In this document: positions 45,348-53,833 of the stretch, in pieces
Position numbering within the stretch: position 1 is the first letter of the stretch
Layout: every line of letters begins with the position of its first letter
Assembly: GCA_038150305.1 (NCBI GenBank)
Contig: JAYOTG010000006.1
Span: forward strand, 9,073 to 73,072
Length of the DNA: 64,000 bases
DNA from: Candidatus Poseidoniales archaeon
GTDB taxonomy: Archaea; Thermoplasmatota; Poseidoniia; Poseidoniales; Poseidoniaceae
Direction: 5' to 3'
The notes under the pieces: model-generated
Told to the model about the DNA's origin: nothing
The model's input: the letters and a program-made list of their open reading frames with translations, nothing else
The model's database searches: none
Position numbers and translations under genes: made by a program

Positions 45348-46525
45348 TGGCCTCGTCGACCAAAGCATGGAGCAGCCTTGACCGAAAGGCGACCGCGGTG
45401 GCGGAATTCACGCTAAGGCAGTACCGCACGCGGCTGTCGACCTGGGTCGTGCTCGCCTCCTGCCTGGTCGCGCTGAGCACCGTGCTTCTGTTCTACATCG
45501 ATTTCATGAACGACCCCATCGAGTCGGTTGACAACGACGGAGACGGTCTGTTCGACGAGGACGTGCCTGATTTCCCAGCCGTCACGGACGCCACATCCAC
45601 CACGATGGGCGCGGACGAGGACGGCGATTGCCTGGAGGCCGATCGTCCCAATGGCGCGAAGGACACGAACGGGAACGGGGTTAGTTGTGACGGCATCTTA
45701 CGCAAGGATTGGTTCGGTTCGACGACCATCCTGTGGGACAGCGGCGTGGACGAAGATCCCGATGACGAGGCCTTCATCCAGGAAGCGACCCATCGTGCCT
45801 TCCTGCTCGGGTACGGCAAACTCGGCGTGGTGTTCCTGCTCGGCATTTTCCTTCCGCTGTTTTTGGCCACCGGGCTCATCCGCGGAGAGATGACCTCCGA
45901 AACGATGCATTTCCTGCTCGCGAAGCCCATCGCCCGCGGTGAAGTGCTCCTGTACCGCATGCTCGGATACCTCACCTTGGTCTGGCCGGCAAGCGCCATC
46001 GTGGTGCTCTTGTCGGCCCTTGTGACCGGGTTTGCCGCCCCCGGGGACGGTTTCTTCCGCTTCGAGGACCTTGGGATTTGGCTGGCTATCCTCTTGGCCA
46101 CGTGGCTCGCTCTGCTCGTCTACGGGATGTTGTTCATGTCGCTGGGCGTGATGTGGAAGTACGGCATCGTGCTCGCCATACCTTTCGCGGCATGGGAATT
46201 CGGCATGGCCTTCCTTTCCATGGGGTTGCCTTCCTCGCCGTTGCTTCGCGTGTCCGTGATTGGATGGTGCTTGGCCATCATTGACGCGGCCACGGCCCTG
46301 TCGTGGGCCGATCAAGACGCCTTCATCGCTTACACCACGGACTACAGCATTTGGTCCAGCCAGCTCGTTGCACCGGGCGAACCTCTGGCCTTCCTGGCCT
46401 CGGAAGCACCGTTTGACCTCTCTCCCACCGCCAACATGGCCGTCGCCGTGCTTGTGCTTCTCTTCCAAGCCAGCGTCATTTGGGTGGTCGGGCAATCGTT
46501 GTTCAAGGGCAAGGAGATCGCCTGA
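45347..46525 (+). CDS. ABC-2 type permease-like membrane protein with Asp-rich extracytoplasmic insert (cassette 2)
   Basis: IRGEMTSETMHFLLAKPIARGEVLLYRML is the ABC-2 motif, with about 6 TM helices. The insert is DNDGDGLFDEDVPDF..DEDGDCLEADRPNGAKDTNGNGVSCDG. Its start overlaps the upstream stop (TGATG). Confidence 0.6.
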   Translation: MASSTKAWSSLDRKATAVAEFTLRQYRTRLSTWVVLASCLVALSTVLLFYIDFMNDPIESVDNDGDGLFDEDVPDFPAVTDATSTTMGADEDGDCLEADRPNGAKDTNGNGVSCDGILRKDWFGSTTILWDSGVDEDPDDEAFIQEATHRAFLLGYGKLGVVFLLGIFLPLFLATGLIRGEMTSETMHFLLAKPIARGEVLLYRMLGYLTLVWPASAIVVLLSALVTGFAAPGDGFFRFEDLGIWLAILLATWLALLVYGMLFMSLGVMWKYGIVLAIPFAAWEFGMAFLSMGLPSSPLLRVSVIGWCLAIIDAATALSWADQDAFIAYTTDYSIWSSQLVAPGEPLAFLASEAPFDLSPTANMAVAVLVLLFQASVIWVVGQSLFKGKEIA

Positions 46526-47676
46526 TGCAGCCTCCGCACTTCCTCGGCGACCTCAGCGGGTTGTGGCGCTTGGATCAGCGCCCTCCCATTCGTGGGTTGA
46601 CGTGGGATTGGTGGTGGTGGTTGGTGATGCTCGAAGACGAGCAAGGCCGCCCAACCGGCAAGCAGCTGATGACGCTCTGGTCGACCAAAGATGCACCCCG
46701 CGTCGAGGTCAATGGACAGACGTGGCGTCCGGAAGGCCGACCGGGCGTGGACGAACACGGCGGCATGTCGCTCGACGGGATGGTCTGCGCGTGGTGGTTT
46801 GACGGCCGGATGATGCACGACGCCGTCTTGGCGAAGCGCTGCAGCATGGTGGTGCTTCCCGGCGGGCATCCGTCATGGCCCGGCGAGGCCACGCCGGGTC
46901 GCGGCGCAGGAGCCGTCGTGCCTCTGCTGAATGAGGATTACAGCATGGGCATGGACGACGACGGCTCAGGCTTCTGGTTGACGCTGAACCCGATGCCGGA
47001 AGGCGCGCCGTTCGCTTCGCTGGACCTGAGGCTGGAGCCGGCCTCGGAACGGCTCTCAACGGCACGTGAAGCCACCGCCACGTACGCTGCAGGCCTCGGG
47101 TACGACATCCTTCGGCTCCACGGCACCAAAGCATCCGGGCACATCGATGGGGCAGAGGTTCGAGGCACGGCGTACTTCCAGAAGGTGAAGGTCCAGGCCC
47201 CTTCTGTGCCGTGGTATTGGGGGGTCCTGCACCTGTCTGACGGTTCGTACATCGACTGGTTCCTCCCTCACGTCTCCCCAACCCTGAGTTCGCTCGACGA
47301 CCGCGCCTGGACATCCCGCGACCTCGGGCACGTGGCGTTGAGCGAGGGTGGTTTGCTGCACGATGAAACGCGCGGCCACACGGAACGCTTCGCCCGCGTG
47401 GTGGTCGGGAAAGAGAACGAAGGCGATCTGCCCGTGTTCTCGATCCGCATGTGGAACGGGCGCGTCTCCATCGAGCTCGAAGTCGCCGCCCTCGCCCGTG
47501 CGCACTGGACCTTCGACCAACCCACGCGAGCGGGCCTTCGGAGCCACCTCACCTACAACGAGTACCCGCTTGAAGTCCGTCGGCTGCGCCTCGAGGACGA
47601 ACAGGGTGTGCGGACTGAAGCGGACTTCGACTGGATTCGCGGCAACGCTGAGCACGCGTGGGGCTTGCTGCACTGA
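46525..47676 (+). CDS. hypothetical soluble protein, possibly AttH/CrtC-like (lipocalin-type) fold
   Basis: ATG 46525 overlaps the upstream TGA. It is Trp-rich: GLTWDWWWWLVML and GTAYFQKVKVQAPSVPWYWGVLHLSDGSYIDWF. The second segment recalls the G.aw.D..W....W.W..l.l.dG pattern of AttH/hydroxyneurosporene-synthase-like proteins. Low certainty. Confidence 0.5.
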   Translation: MQPPHFLGDLSGLWRLDQRPPIRGLTWDWWWWLVMLEDEQGRPTGKQLMTLWSTKDAPRVEVNGQTWRPEGRPGVDEHGGMSLDGMVCAWWFDGRMMHDAVLAKRCSMVVLPGGHPSWPGEATPGRGAGAVVPLLNEDYSMGMDDDGSGFWLTLNPMPEGAPFASLDLRLEPASERLSTAREATATYAAGLGYDILRLHGTKASGHIDGAEVRGTAYFQKVKVQAPSVPWYWGVLHLSDGSYIDWFLPHVSPTLSSLDDRAWTSRDLGHVALSEGGLLHDETRGHTERFARVVVGKENEGDLPVFSIRMWNGRVSIELEVAALARAHWTFDQPTRAGLRSHLTYNEYPLEVRRLRLEDEQGVRTEADFDWIRGNAEHAWGLLH

Positions 47677-47771
47677 TGGCGCGGGAAGGGGGGATGCAAG
47701 CCCTCATTGTTCAATCCCGTATCGTGGAAACGTTCATGTCGTTCTCAGCGAGACAAGAGGTAGGTGTCCCA

Positions 47772-48794
47772 ATGACGGAGGAGGTCAACGACGCGCCCGC
47801 AGCGCCTGCTGAGTCGCCAGCGCCCGCCGAAAGCGAGGCGGCGACCAACGCCAGCCTTGAGAAGAAATTCCGCACCATCACCGGTGAAGAAATACTTCGA
47901 CACACCCGGCCGTCCTTCATGGCCTTCTTCGGATATTACCTCCTTGCTGTGCTCATGATGGGTGTGCACTGGCTCTTCTTCAACGACAACCTCGCTGGGC
48001 TCCTGACCAACGACGACTCCAGTGCCCTGTCCACCTTCTTGTTTGGACTGTTGGCCAACGATTTGACCTTCATGGGCGTCATGCTTTCGCTGACCTGGTT
48101 CAACCGGATGCTGAACGGCAGCACCTCGAACCGCTGGTTGACGGTGTGGATGCTTCTCGCGAGCGTTGCTCCCTTGTTGGTGGTCTTGGACAACTGGCTC
48201 ACCGGGTTGCTCGGCGACGGTTACCCGAGCATCGGAAGCGGGGGCGGTTTGTTGCCCGAATACAACTACATCATCGCGGGTGTCCTCTTTTCCGGTTCGC
48301 TGATTCTGCTGACCGCGATGTATCAGCGGTCCTTCCATTACGCCGTCACCAGCGATGCGGTCATCTTCGACCACCGCTTCCTTCTCGTGCGTGGCCACCG
48401 TCGAATCCTCTTCGAGAAGATCTCTGAGGTCTTGGTGGAGCGTTCGATGCTTGGCACCATGCTTGGATTTGCCACCATCTCCCTGATGACCGATTCAGGG
48501 ATCGGTCTGGCGCAGGAGACGCGAGGCGTTGCAGCCGCATCGTCTGCCCCTGAAGCGATGAAGCCCGACGAGGGCGACACCAACGCGGAGAAGGCTGGAA
48601 AGAACGTCATCCGCAGACTCTTGGCCCTGATCACCTACCAGCGCACCGTCACCACGGTCAGTCCAGATCCCAAGCTCTGCTTCTACAACGTCCGTGGATG
48701 GGAAGACACGAAGCAGTTGCTGAATGAACTCCACAAGAAGCACAGCCAGTCCAGTCAACTCGACGAACTCAAGGCGGCGTTGACGCAGGAGTGA
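47772..48794 (+). CDS. membrane protein with bacterial PH (bPH_2/YdbT-like) domain
   Basis: TM helices followed by YAVTSDAVIFDHRFLLVRGHRRILFEKISEVLVERSMLGTMLGFATISLMTDSG. Start uncertain: ATG 47772 is preceded by GAGGTAGGTG, with 47658 and 47736 as alternatives. Confidence 0.55.
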   Translation: MTEEVNDAPAAPAESPAPAESEAATNASLEKKFRTITGEEILRHTRPSFMAFFGYYLLAVLMMGVHWLFFNDNLAGLLTNDDSSALSTFLFGLLANDLTFMGVMLSLTWFNRMLNGSTSNRWLTVWMLLASVAPLLVVLDNWLTGLLGDGYPSIGSGGGLLPEYNYIIAGVLFSGSLILLTAMYQRSFHYAVTSDAVIFDHRFLLVRGHRRILFEKISEVLVERSMLGTMLGFATISLMTDSGIGLAQETRGVAAASSAPEAMKPDEGDTNAEKAGKNVIRRLLALITYQRTVTTVSPDPKLCFYNVRGWEDTKQLLNELHKKHSQSSQLDELKAALTQE

Positions 48795-48845
48795 GCCGAG
48801 GCCTTGAAGAGCAGGCCCCGCCCCGTCGGGGTGGAGGCCCCCGCC

Positions 48846-49361
48846 ATGTCCGACGACCTGCTTCGACCCGCCCTTGACACGTTTGCCCAAGGTGACCTTC
48901 AGGGCGCCGTTGACATGCTCGATGCCCTTCGCGGTGAACACCGCGGTGTTGCCGCGGTTCACCACACCTTCGCCGAGTTTGCCAACATGCTGAACATGGA
49001 GGCCCAGGAGGACGTCGTTCCCGGCGGGAAAATCATGATGGCGTACAAGAAGGCCATGGAACTCGACGAAGAAAACGACGAGTACATCGCAGATTTTGCT
49101 GACTTTGCCCTCGAATGCAACCGCATTCCCGTGGCCGTCAAGGAGTTCAAGCGCTACGCAACCCGCCTCGAGATGGCCGACATTCCCTACGACGACCGCC
49201 TCTACAACGCTGCACGAAACCTCGTGGACCGCATCGAGGTCGTTGATCCTGAGCGAACGTCCGACATCAGCCAGCCATGGCTCAAGCAAGCCTTGCTCTG
49301 GTCCATCGGTGGCCTGGGCTTCAGCGCTGAAGACGTCAAGGGCCTCCTTGAGGACGCTTGA
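48846..49361 (+). CDS. hypothetical helical (TPR-like?) protein
   Basis: MSDDLLRPALDTFAQGDLQGAVDMLDAL.. with an all-helical appearance and no catalytic motif. The track start at 48804 is a TTG. Confidence 0.45.
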   Translation: MSDDLLRPALDTFAQGDLQGAVDMLDALRGEHRGVAAVHHTFAEFANMLNMEAQEDVVPGGKIMMAYKKAMELDEENDEYIADFADFALECNRIPVAVKEFKRYATRLEMADIPYDDRLYNAARNLVDRIEVVDPERTSDISQPWLKQALLWSIGGLGFSAEDVKGLLEDA

Positions 49362-49373
49362 GGTTGTTGAGCG

Positions 49374-50273
49374 ATGGGCGAACTCGTCCATCTGGCTTTG
49401 CGGGTGGGTTACCTCGGCGATGCCTTTCACGGCAGCCAAATTCAGCCTGACGTGGTGACGGTTCAGGGAGAACTCCAGCGCGTCTTGCGCTCGCTTGGAT
49501 GGTGGAACGCCGAGGAGCACACCATGATCCTCGGCAGCCGCACCGACGCAGGCGTCAACGTGCGACGCAACGGGGGTCTGCTCACGCTCGACCGCGAGCT
49601 CTACGAAAAAATCGGGGACCGAAAATTGGTCCGCGCGATGGCCGATCGCTTGCCCGACCATCTTGCGGTCTTGGACGCCACCGAAGTGCCTCAAGGGTGG
49701 AACCCGCGGCTGGCGGATCACCGCGTGTACCGGTACCGTCTCGAGGGCATGGAGGGCTGGTGGGCCGACGACCAGGAACGATTACAGCGCCACCTCGACC
49801 TCTTTGTCGGCACCCATGACGTACGGAATTTTGCTCGCATGGAGGAGGGAAAAAACCCGATTCGAACGGTGGTGTCCGCCTCGCCATGGTCCGTTGGTGG
49901 CCGGATTGTGGGCTTCGAAATTGTCGGCCACTCCTTCCTCTGGAATCAGGTCCGCCGAATCGCGATGGCCGTCCACAGCATGGAACTCGGTCGATTGAGC
50001 GAGGACGAGGTCCGCGATGCCCTCCATCGGCCGGAGGTTCCGGTGGATTTCGGTGTGGCTCCGGCCGAGTGGCTCATCCTGTGGGACGTCGTTTGGGACG
50101 CCCTTCCGCCCGTCGCAAGCCCGGAACGGGCGATGACGTGGCAACCCTCGCCAACGCGCGCCGAGGGGGCTGAGCGGACCATGCGCCGCCGCTGGAGCGC
50201 CGCTGCATCGGCTGAGATCGAGGCGTTGCTGCACCACGAGTGGTCGGCGCTTGGACGCCTCCATTGGTCATGA
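49374..50273 (+). CDS. truA: tRNA pseudouridine synthase A (TruA/Pus1 family)
   Basis: LALRVGYLGDAFHGSQIQP, GSRTDAGVNV (catalytic Asp), HDVRNFAR and SFLWNQVRRI. Confidence 0.85.
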   Translation: MGELVHLALRVGYLGDAFHGSQIQPDVVTVQGELQRVLRSLGWWNAEEHTMILGSRTDAGVNVRRNGGLLTLDRELYEKIGDRKLVRAMADRLPDHLAVLDATEVPQGWNPRLADHRVYRYRLEGMEGWWADDQERLQRHLDLFVGTHDVRNFARMEEGKNPIRTVVSASPWSVGGRIVGFEIVGHSFLWNQVRRIAMAVHSMELGRLSEDEVRDALHRPEVPVDFGVAPAEWLILWDVVWDALPPVASPERAMTWQPSPTRAEGAERTMRRRWSAAASAEIEALLHHEWSALGRLHWS

Positions 50274-50741
50274 CGTGCTCAGGGTCAACGTCACGCGGTC
50301 TCCGTCCTCAAGCGACAGTCGCTCCCGGAGGAATTCCTTGGAAATGAGTTCGACCACGTCAATGTGGCGCGTCAGGTCAGGGATGAGCACAGCACATGGG
50401 ATGGAGGCTTCGCCGACCGTCATCGTCGCGAGGAAGGCGCTGGCACCGCCAAAGGACACACCGTCCCTGAGGAAACCACGGATGCGATGCAGGTCAAAGC
50501 CGGAGGTGTCCACGGCTTTGGCGGCGGCACGGACGTCATCATCCACGTCCAAGGTGTCGAGGCCTGCCAGTTGGCGAAGCGCGATGTAATCGATCAGGTC
50601 GCTGCCTTCCACGGTCACGTTCAGGGTGCCCGGCCAAGCCGTTGCACCAAGCAGGCCACGGAATTGGTCCTGGTAGTGCGGTTGGGCCATGAACACCTGC
50701 GCACGGCCAAGGCCGGTGCCCACCACGCCTGAGAGGTCCAC
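50268..50741 (-). CDS. ribK: CTP-dependent riboflavin kinase (archaeal RibK)
   Basis: DLSGVVGTGLGRAQVFMAQPHYQDQFRGLLGATAWPGTLNV..VLIPDLTRHIDVVELISKEFLRERLSLEDGDRVTL. GTG 50741 is preceded by GGGGGAGG; TTG 50810 is an alternative. The track start at 51104 overlaps kbl. Confidence 0.7.
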   Translation of the reverse strand: MDLSGVVGTGLGRAQVFMAQPHYQDQFRGLLGATAWPGTLNVTVEGSDLIDYIALRQLAGLDTLDVDDDVRAAAKAVDTSGFDLHRIRGFLRDGVSFGGASAFLATMTVGEASIPCAVLIPDLTRHIDVVELISKEFLRERLSLEDGDRVTLTLSTS

Positions 50742-50843
50742 GGTTCCGCGGGAAGCCTCCCCCTCTTCAAGCCGTGCATCGCTTCGTTCTGGTGGCTGCG
50801 GGATGCTCAAGAACCCGCGCGAACAGCGAGGGACGGGATTGGC

Positions 50844-52025
50844 ATGCCAGGTGACCTCTCGTGGATGCAAGCCAGATACGACGAACTCGCGGAGCGCTCC
50901 TTGCTCTGGGAGCCTCCGACCCTCGAAGGGCCGAGCGTTCCGCGTTGCCGGATGGACGGGAAGCCCACCATCATGCTCTCCGCCAACAATTACCTCAACC
51001 TCACCACCCACCCGAAAGTTGTCGATGCAGCGGTTGAGGCCACCAAGACCTACGGAGCGGGCAGCGGCTCGGTTCGAGCGATTGCCGGCACCATGGACCT
51101 CCACCTTGAGGCCGAGAAAGAAGTGGCCGCCTTCAAGCGAGCAGAGGCGGCGCTCATCTATTCCGCAGGCTACACGGCGAACGTGGGGTTGATCCCAAGC
51201 CTCGTCCGTGGCTCAGAGGACCTGATCATCAGCGACGAGTTGAACCACGGTTCGATCATCGACGGCGTTCGCCTCACCAAGGCCAGCCGGGCCGTGTATG
51301 CGCACAACGACATGGGCGCGCTGGAAGAGGTGTTGAACGCCAACAAGGCAGCGGAACGCAAACTCATCATCACCGACGGCGTCTTTTCCATGGACGGCGA
51401 CATCGCGCCTTTGGACGAGATTGTGGCCTTGGCCGAAGAGCACGATGCCATGATCATGGTCGACGATTGTCACGGCGAGGGCGTCCTCGGTGAAGGTGGC
51501 CGGGGCATCGTAGACCATTTCAACGTCCACGGCAAGGTGGAATTCGAAATCGGTTCCTTCTCCAAGGCCCTCGGCGTTCAGGGCGGCATCATGGCGGGCT
51601 CAGAACTCAGCCGCCAGCACGCGCTGAACCACTCGCGATCGTGGCTGCTTTCCGGCTCACAACCCCCCGGTGTCGCCGCGGCCCAGCGGGCTGCCATTCA
51701 GGTGCTTCAGGAGGAGCCGGAACACCACCAGCGCTTGTGGGACAACACCGCGTATTTCCGAGGGGAACTCCAGAGCCTCGGTTTCGATACGGGCGTTTCG
51801 GAGACGCCGATCATTCCCGTCATGTGCGGCCCATCGAAGACCGCGAAGGCCCTCTCCGCCGCGCTCGCGGGCGAGGGCGTCATGGCCGGTGCGATCGTCT
51901 TCCCGATGGTGGCGCGCGACAAGGCCCGTGTCCGCACCCAGATGTCTGCAGGGCTCACGCGTGATGACCTCGACGACGTGTTGCGCATCTTCGAGCGCGT
52001 CGGCGGCCACTTGGGCCTGCTTTGA
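50844..52025 (+). CDS. kbl: 2-amino-3-ketobutyrate CoA ligase / 8-amino-7-oxononanoate synthase family (PLP acyltransferase)
   Basis: LSANNYLNLTTHPKVV, GSGSVRAIAGTMDLHLEAEKEVA, VDDCHG and GSFSKALG (PLP lysine). Confidence 0.85.
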   Translation: MPGDLSWMQARYDELAERSLLWEPPTLEGPSVPRCRMDGKPTIMLSANNYLNLTTHPKVVDAAVEATKTYGAGSGSVRAIAGTMDLHLEAEKEVAAFKRAEAALIYSAGYTANVGLIPSLVRGSEDLIISDELNHGSIIDGVRLTKASRAVYAHNDMGALEEVLNANKAAERKLIITDGVFSMDGDIAPLDEIVALAEEHDAMIMVDDCHGEGVLGEGGRGIVDHFNVHGKVEFEIGSFSKALGVQGGIMAGSELSRQHALNHSRSWLLSGSQPPGVAAAQRAAIQVLQEEPEHHQRLWDNTAYFRGELQSLGFDTGVSETPIIPVMCGPSKTAKALSAALAGEGVMAGAIVFPMVARDKARVRTQMSAGLTRDDLDDVLRIFERVGGHLGLL

Positions 52026-52026
52026 C

Positions 52027-52674
52027 TCATTCCTCTTCGGAGAGGATGGTGTCGAGCACGTCCTTGAGGTCGTCGTCGTCCTCAACGATGGCTTCCATGT
52101 CCGTCTCGGTGTCAACCGGCTCAATGCCGACGTCTTCGAAGGGGTCCAAGCCATCTTCGAGACGGCAGAGCATGCGCCACCTCGGCGCCCAACTGAGGTG
52201 CACGTACAACGGGCCCGGCAGCAGGAGCAGGAACCACACCAAGGCGGCAGGAAGGGCGAGCAACTCGGTGATGTTGGCGCCGAGCACCGCGAGACCGACG
52301 AAGGGCATCGCGTACAGGACGGTGCGTGGCGGGGCCACGGGCGGTCGCTTGGAAAAGCGGGCGATGATGAGGGACGCGAAGCCGAGCAGCATGCACGCTG
52401 CGATGAGCAAGGACGCGTGGAAGATCCACGTCGGCCACCAAAAGGCGTCGCCGTAGGACACCCTGTAGGGCAGCAGCAACGCCATGGCGATGAGGATGCC
52501 ATAGAATCCTGCAACGTTGGCAGGGTGGTTCAGCCACATGGGGAGGCTGACGAAGCGTCGTGAGAGCGACGTTCCAAGCAGCAATTCCGCCTGTTTTGGG
52601 GCGAGGTGGTCCAATCCAGACCGCCAGTCCGCCCCTGTCATGGGCCGTGGCTTTTCTTTCGGGATTATGAACAT
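52027..52674 (-). CDS. hypothetical membrane protein with acidic C-terminal tail
   Basis: About 4 TM helices, ending DTETDMEAIVEDDDDLKDVLDTILSEEE. ATG 52674 is taken because the track start at 52848 overlaps the upstream gene. Confidence 0.5.
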   Translation of the reverse strand: MFIIPKEKPRPMTGADWRSGLDHLAPKQAELLLGTSLSRRFVSLPMWLNHPANVAGFYGILIAMALLLPYRVSYGDAFWWPTWIFHASLLIAACMLLGFASLIIARFSKRPPVAPPRTVLYAMPFVGLAVLGANITELLALPAALVWFLLLLPGPLYVHLSWAPRWRMLCRLEDGLDPFEDVGIEPVDTETDMEAIVEDDDDLKDVLDTILSEEE

Positions 52675-52708
52675 GAAGGGAGGCGGATGTGCTTCGCAGC
52701 ACTTCTGC

Positions 52709-53341
52709 TCACTTCGGTGTGCGGGCCGTCTCCAGCCAGCGGGAGAGCGCGGAGCCCCCATCGAGGGCGTCCTCCTCCTGCGGCCACTCGCGTTCCAACA
52801 GCTCCGTTTCCCCCGCAGCGCGTCGGCGCGCTTCCTCTGCTTGCTCATCGTGCCCGTTCACCGCGTCTCGGAGGGCCAGCGCGGTGTTGCCGATGACCAA
52901 CCAGCGCTGAAGTCGTGCGGCGGAAGATGCGGGCCAACGCACGACGGTGTCCCACGGTTCGTGGTCCTCCACCACCAGAGGTTCGCCAAGAAGAGGATCC
53001 GTGTGCAATTTCAACCGGTGGTCTCCCAATTCCTTCCACGTGCCGTCGGCCGCTCGAATCGCCACTTCGGCCGAGCCCATCGCTTGGTCGAGGACCCAAG
53101 GGTGGTTGGCGTTCACCGCGAAGGGAAGGTCCCTGAGCCCTTGGCTTCGACGCCACTGGACGCCAGCCAAAACCAGCAACAGAAGGGCAGGCGCGAGAAG
53201 AACTCTGGCGTTGAGGGCAAGAAGCAGACCAAGTGCGCCACACACGGCCATCACCTGGGCGCTCGTTCGTGTGGTCTTGGCCACCTCATCACCCACCTCG
53301 GTTGTACCGAGTTCCAGGAAGCCACGCGGCGGTTCAGTCAC
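52709..53341 (-). CDS. hypothetical membrane protein
   Basis: Two N-terminal TM helices (VMAVCGALGLLLAL, LLAPALLLLVLAGV) followed by a soluble domain. 8-nt overlap with the upstream DUF309 gene. Confidence 0.45.
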   Translation of the reverse strand: MTEPPRGFLELGTTEVGDEVAKTTRTSAQVMAVCGALGLLLALNARVLLAPALLLLVLAGVQWRRSQGLRDLPFAVNANHPWVLDQAMGSAEVAIRAADGTWKELGDHRLKLHTDPLLGEPLVVEDHEPWDTVVRWPASSAARLQRWLVIGNTALALRDAVNGHDEQAEEARRRAAGETELLEREWPQEEDALDGGSALSRWLETARTPK

Positions 53342-53735
53342 GGGCTTCCCTCATGTGCATGGGGAGGCGCAGTCCCTCTTGGTTCATCGTGCAGCGCTCT
53401 GCGTCATGTGCAAAAGGCTCGAGCATGGACAGCAAGGCCTGGACGTTCACGCCCCACGCGTCCACGAAGCCGGCCAGTTTGGGCTGGAGTTTTGCCCATT
53501 GATTCAGCACGCCGCGCGTGGTCCCGCGTCGGTGGTTGTACAACAAGGCCGCGCATTGGATCAATCCCTGAAGGAGCAGCACGTCCCTTGGCGCGGCTTT
53601 TCTCGCCTTCATCGAGACCCAGGCGTCCTCCCACGCCTCGTGGGCTTCCCACCATCGCCCTGCGTCGAACTCCTGACGGCCCAACTCGAATTGAATGGGC
53701 TCCTCGTCCTGCAACGCGGCAGGTGCTTCGCCCAT
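53334..53735 (-). CDS. DUF309 domain protein
   Basis: GRQEFDAGRWWEAHEAWEDAW...LLLQGLIQCAALLYNHRRGTTRG matches the DUF309 pattern (yWEAHE.wE..W ... lqGLIq.A). Start taken at ATG 53735. Confidence 0.65.
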   Translation of the reverse strand: MGEAPAALQDEEPIQFELGRQEFDAGRWWEAHEAWEDAWVSMKARKAAPRDVLLLQGLIQCAALLYNHRRGTTRGVLNQWAKLQPKLAGFVDAWGVNVQALLSMLEPFAHDAERCTMNQEGLRLPMHMREARD

Positions 53736-53833
53736 GCTGCGGCCTCGTTGAGACGGGGAATAAACTCCCGTGCGGGACCTTGCAAGCGACGTGACCTTCA
53801 AACGCCGTCATCGCCGCTGAAGAGGGGAGCAAG

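Noticed and set aside
48495-49721. 408-aa minus-strand ORF
   Set aside because: It is antisense to three + strand genes, including truA with its catalytic RTDAGV motif. It has no motifs.
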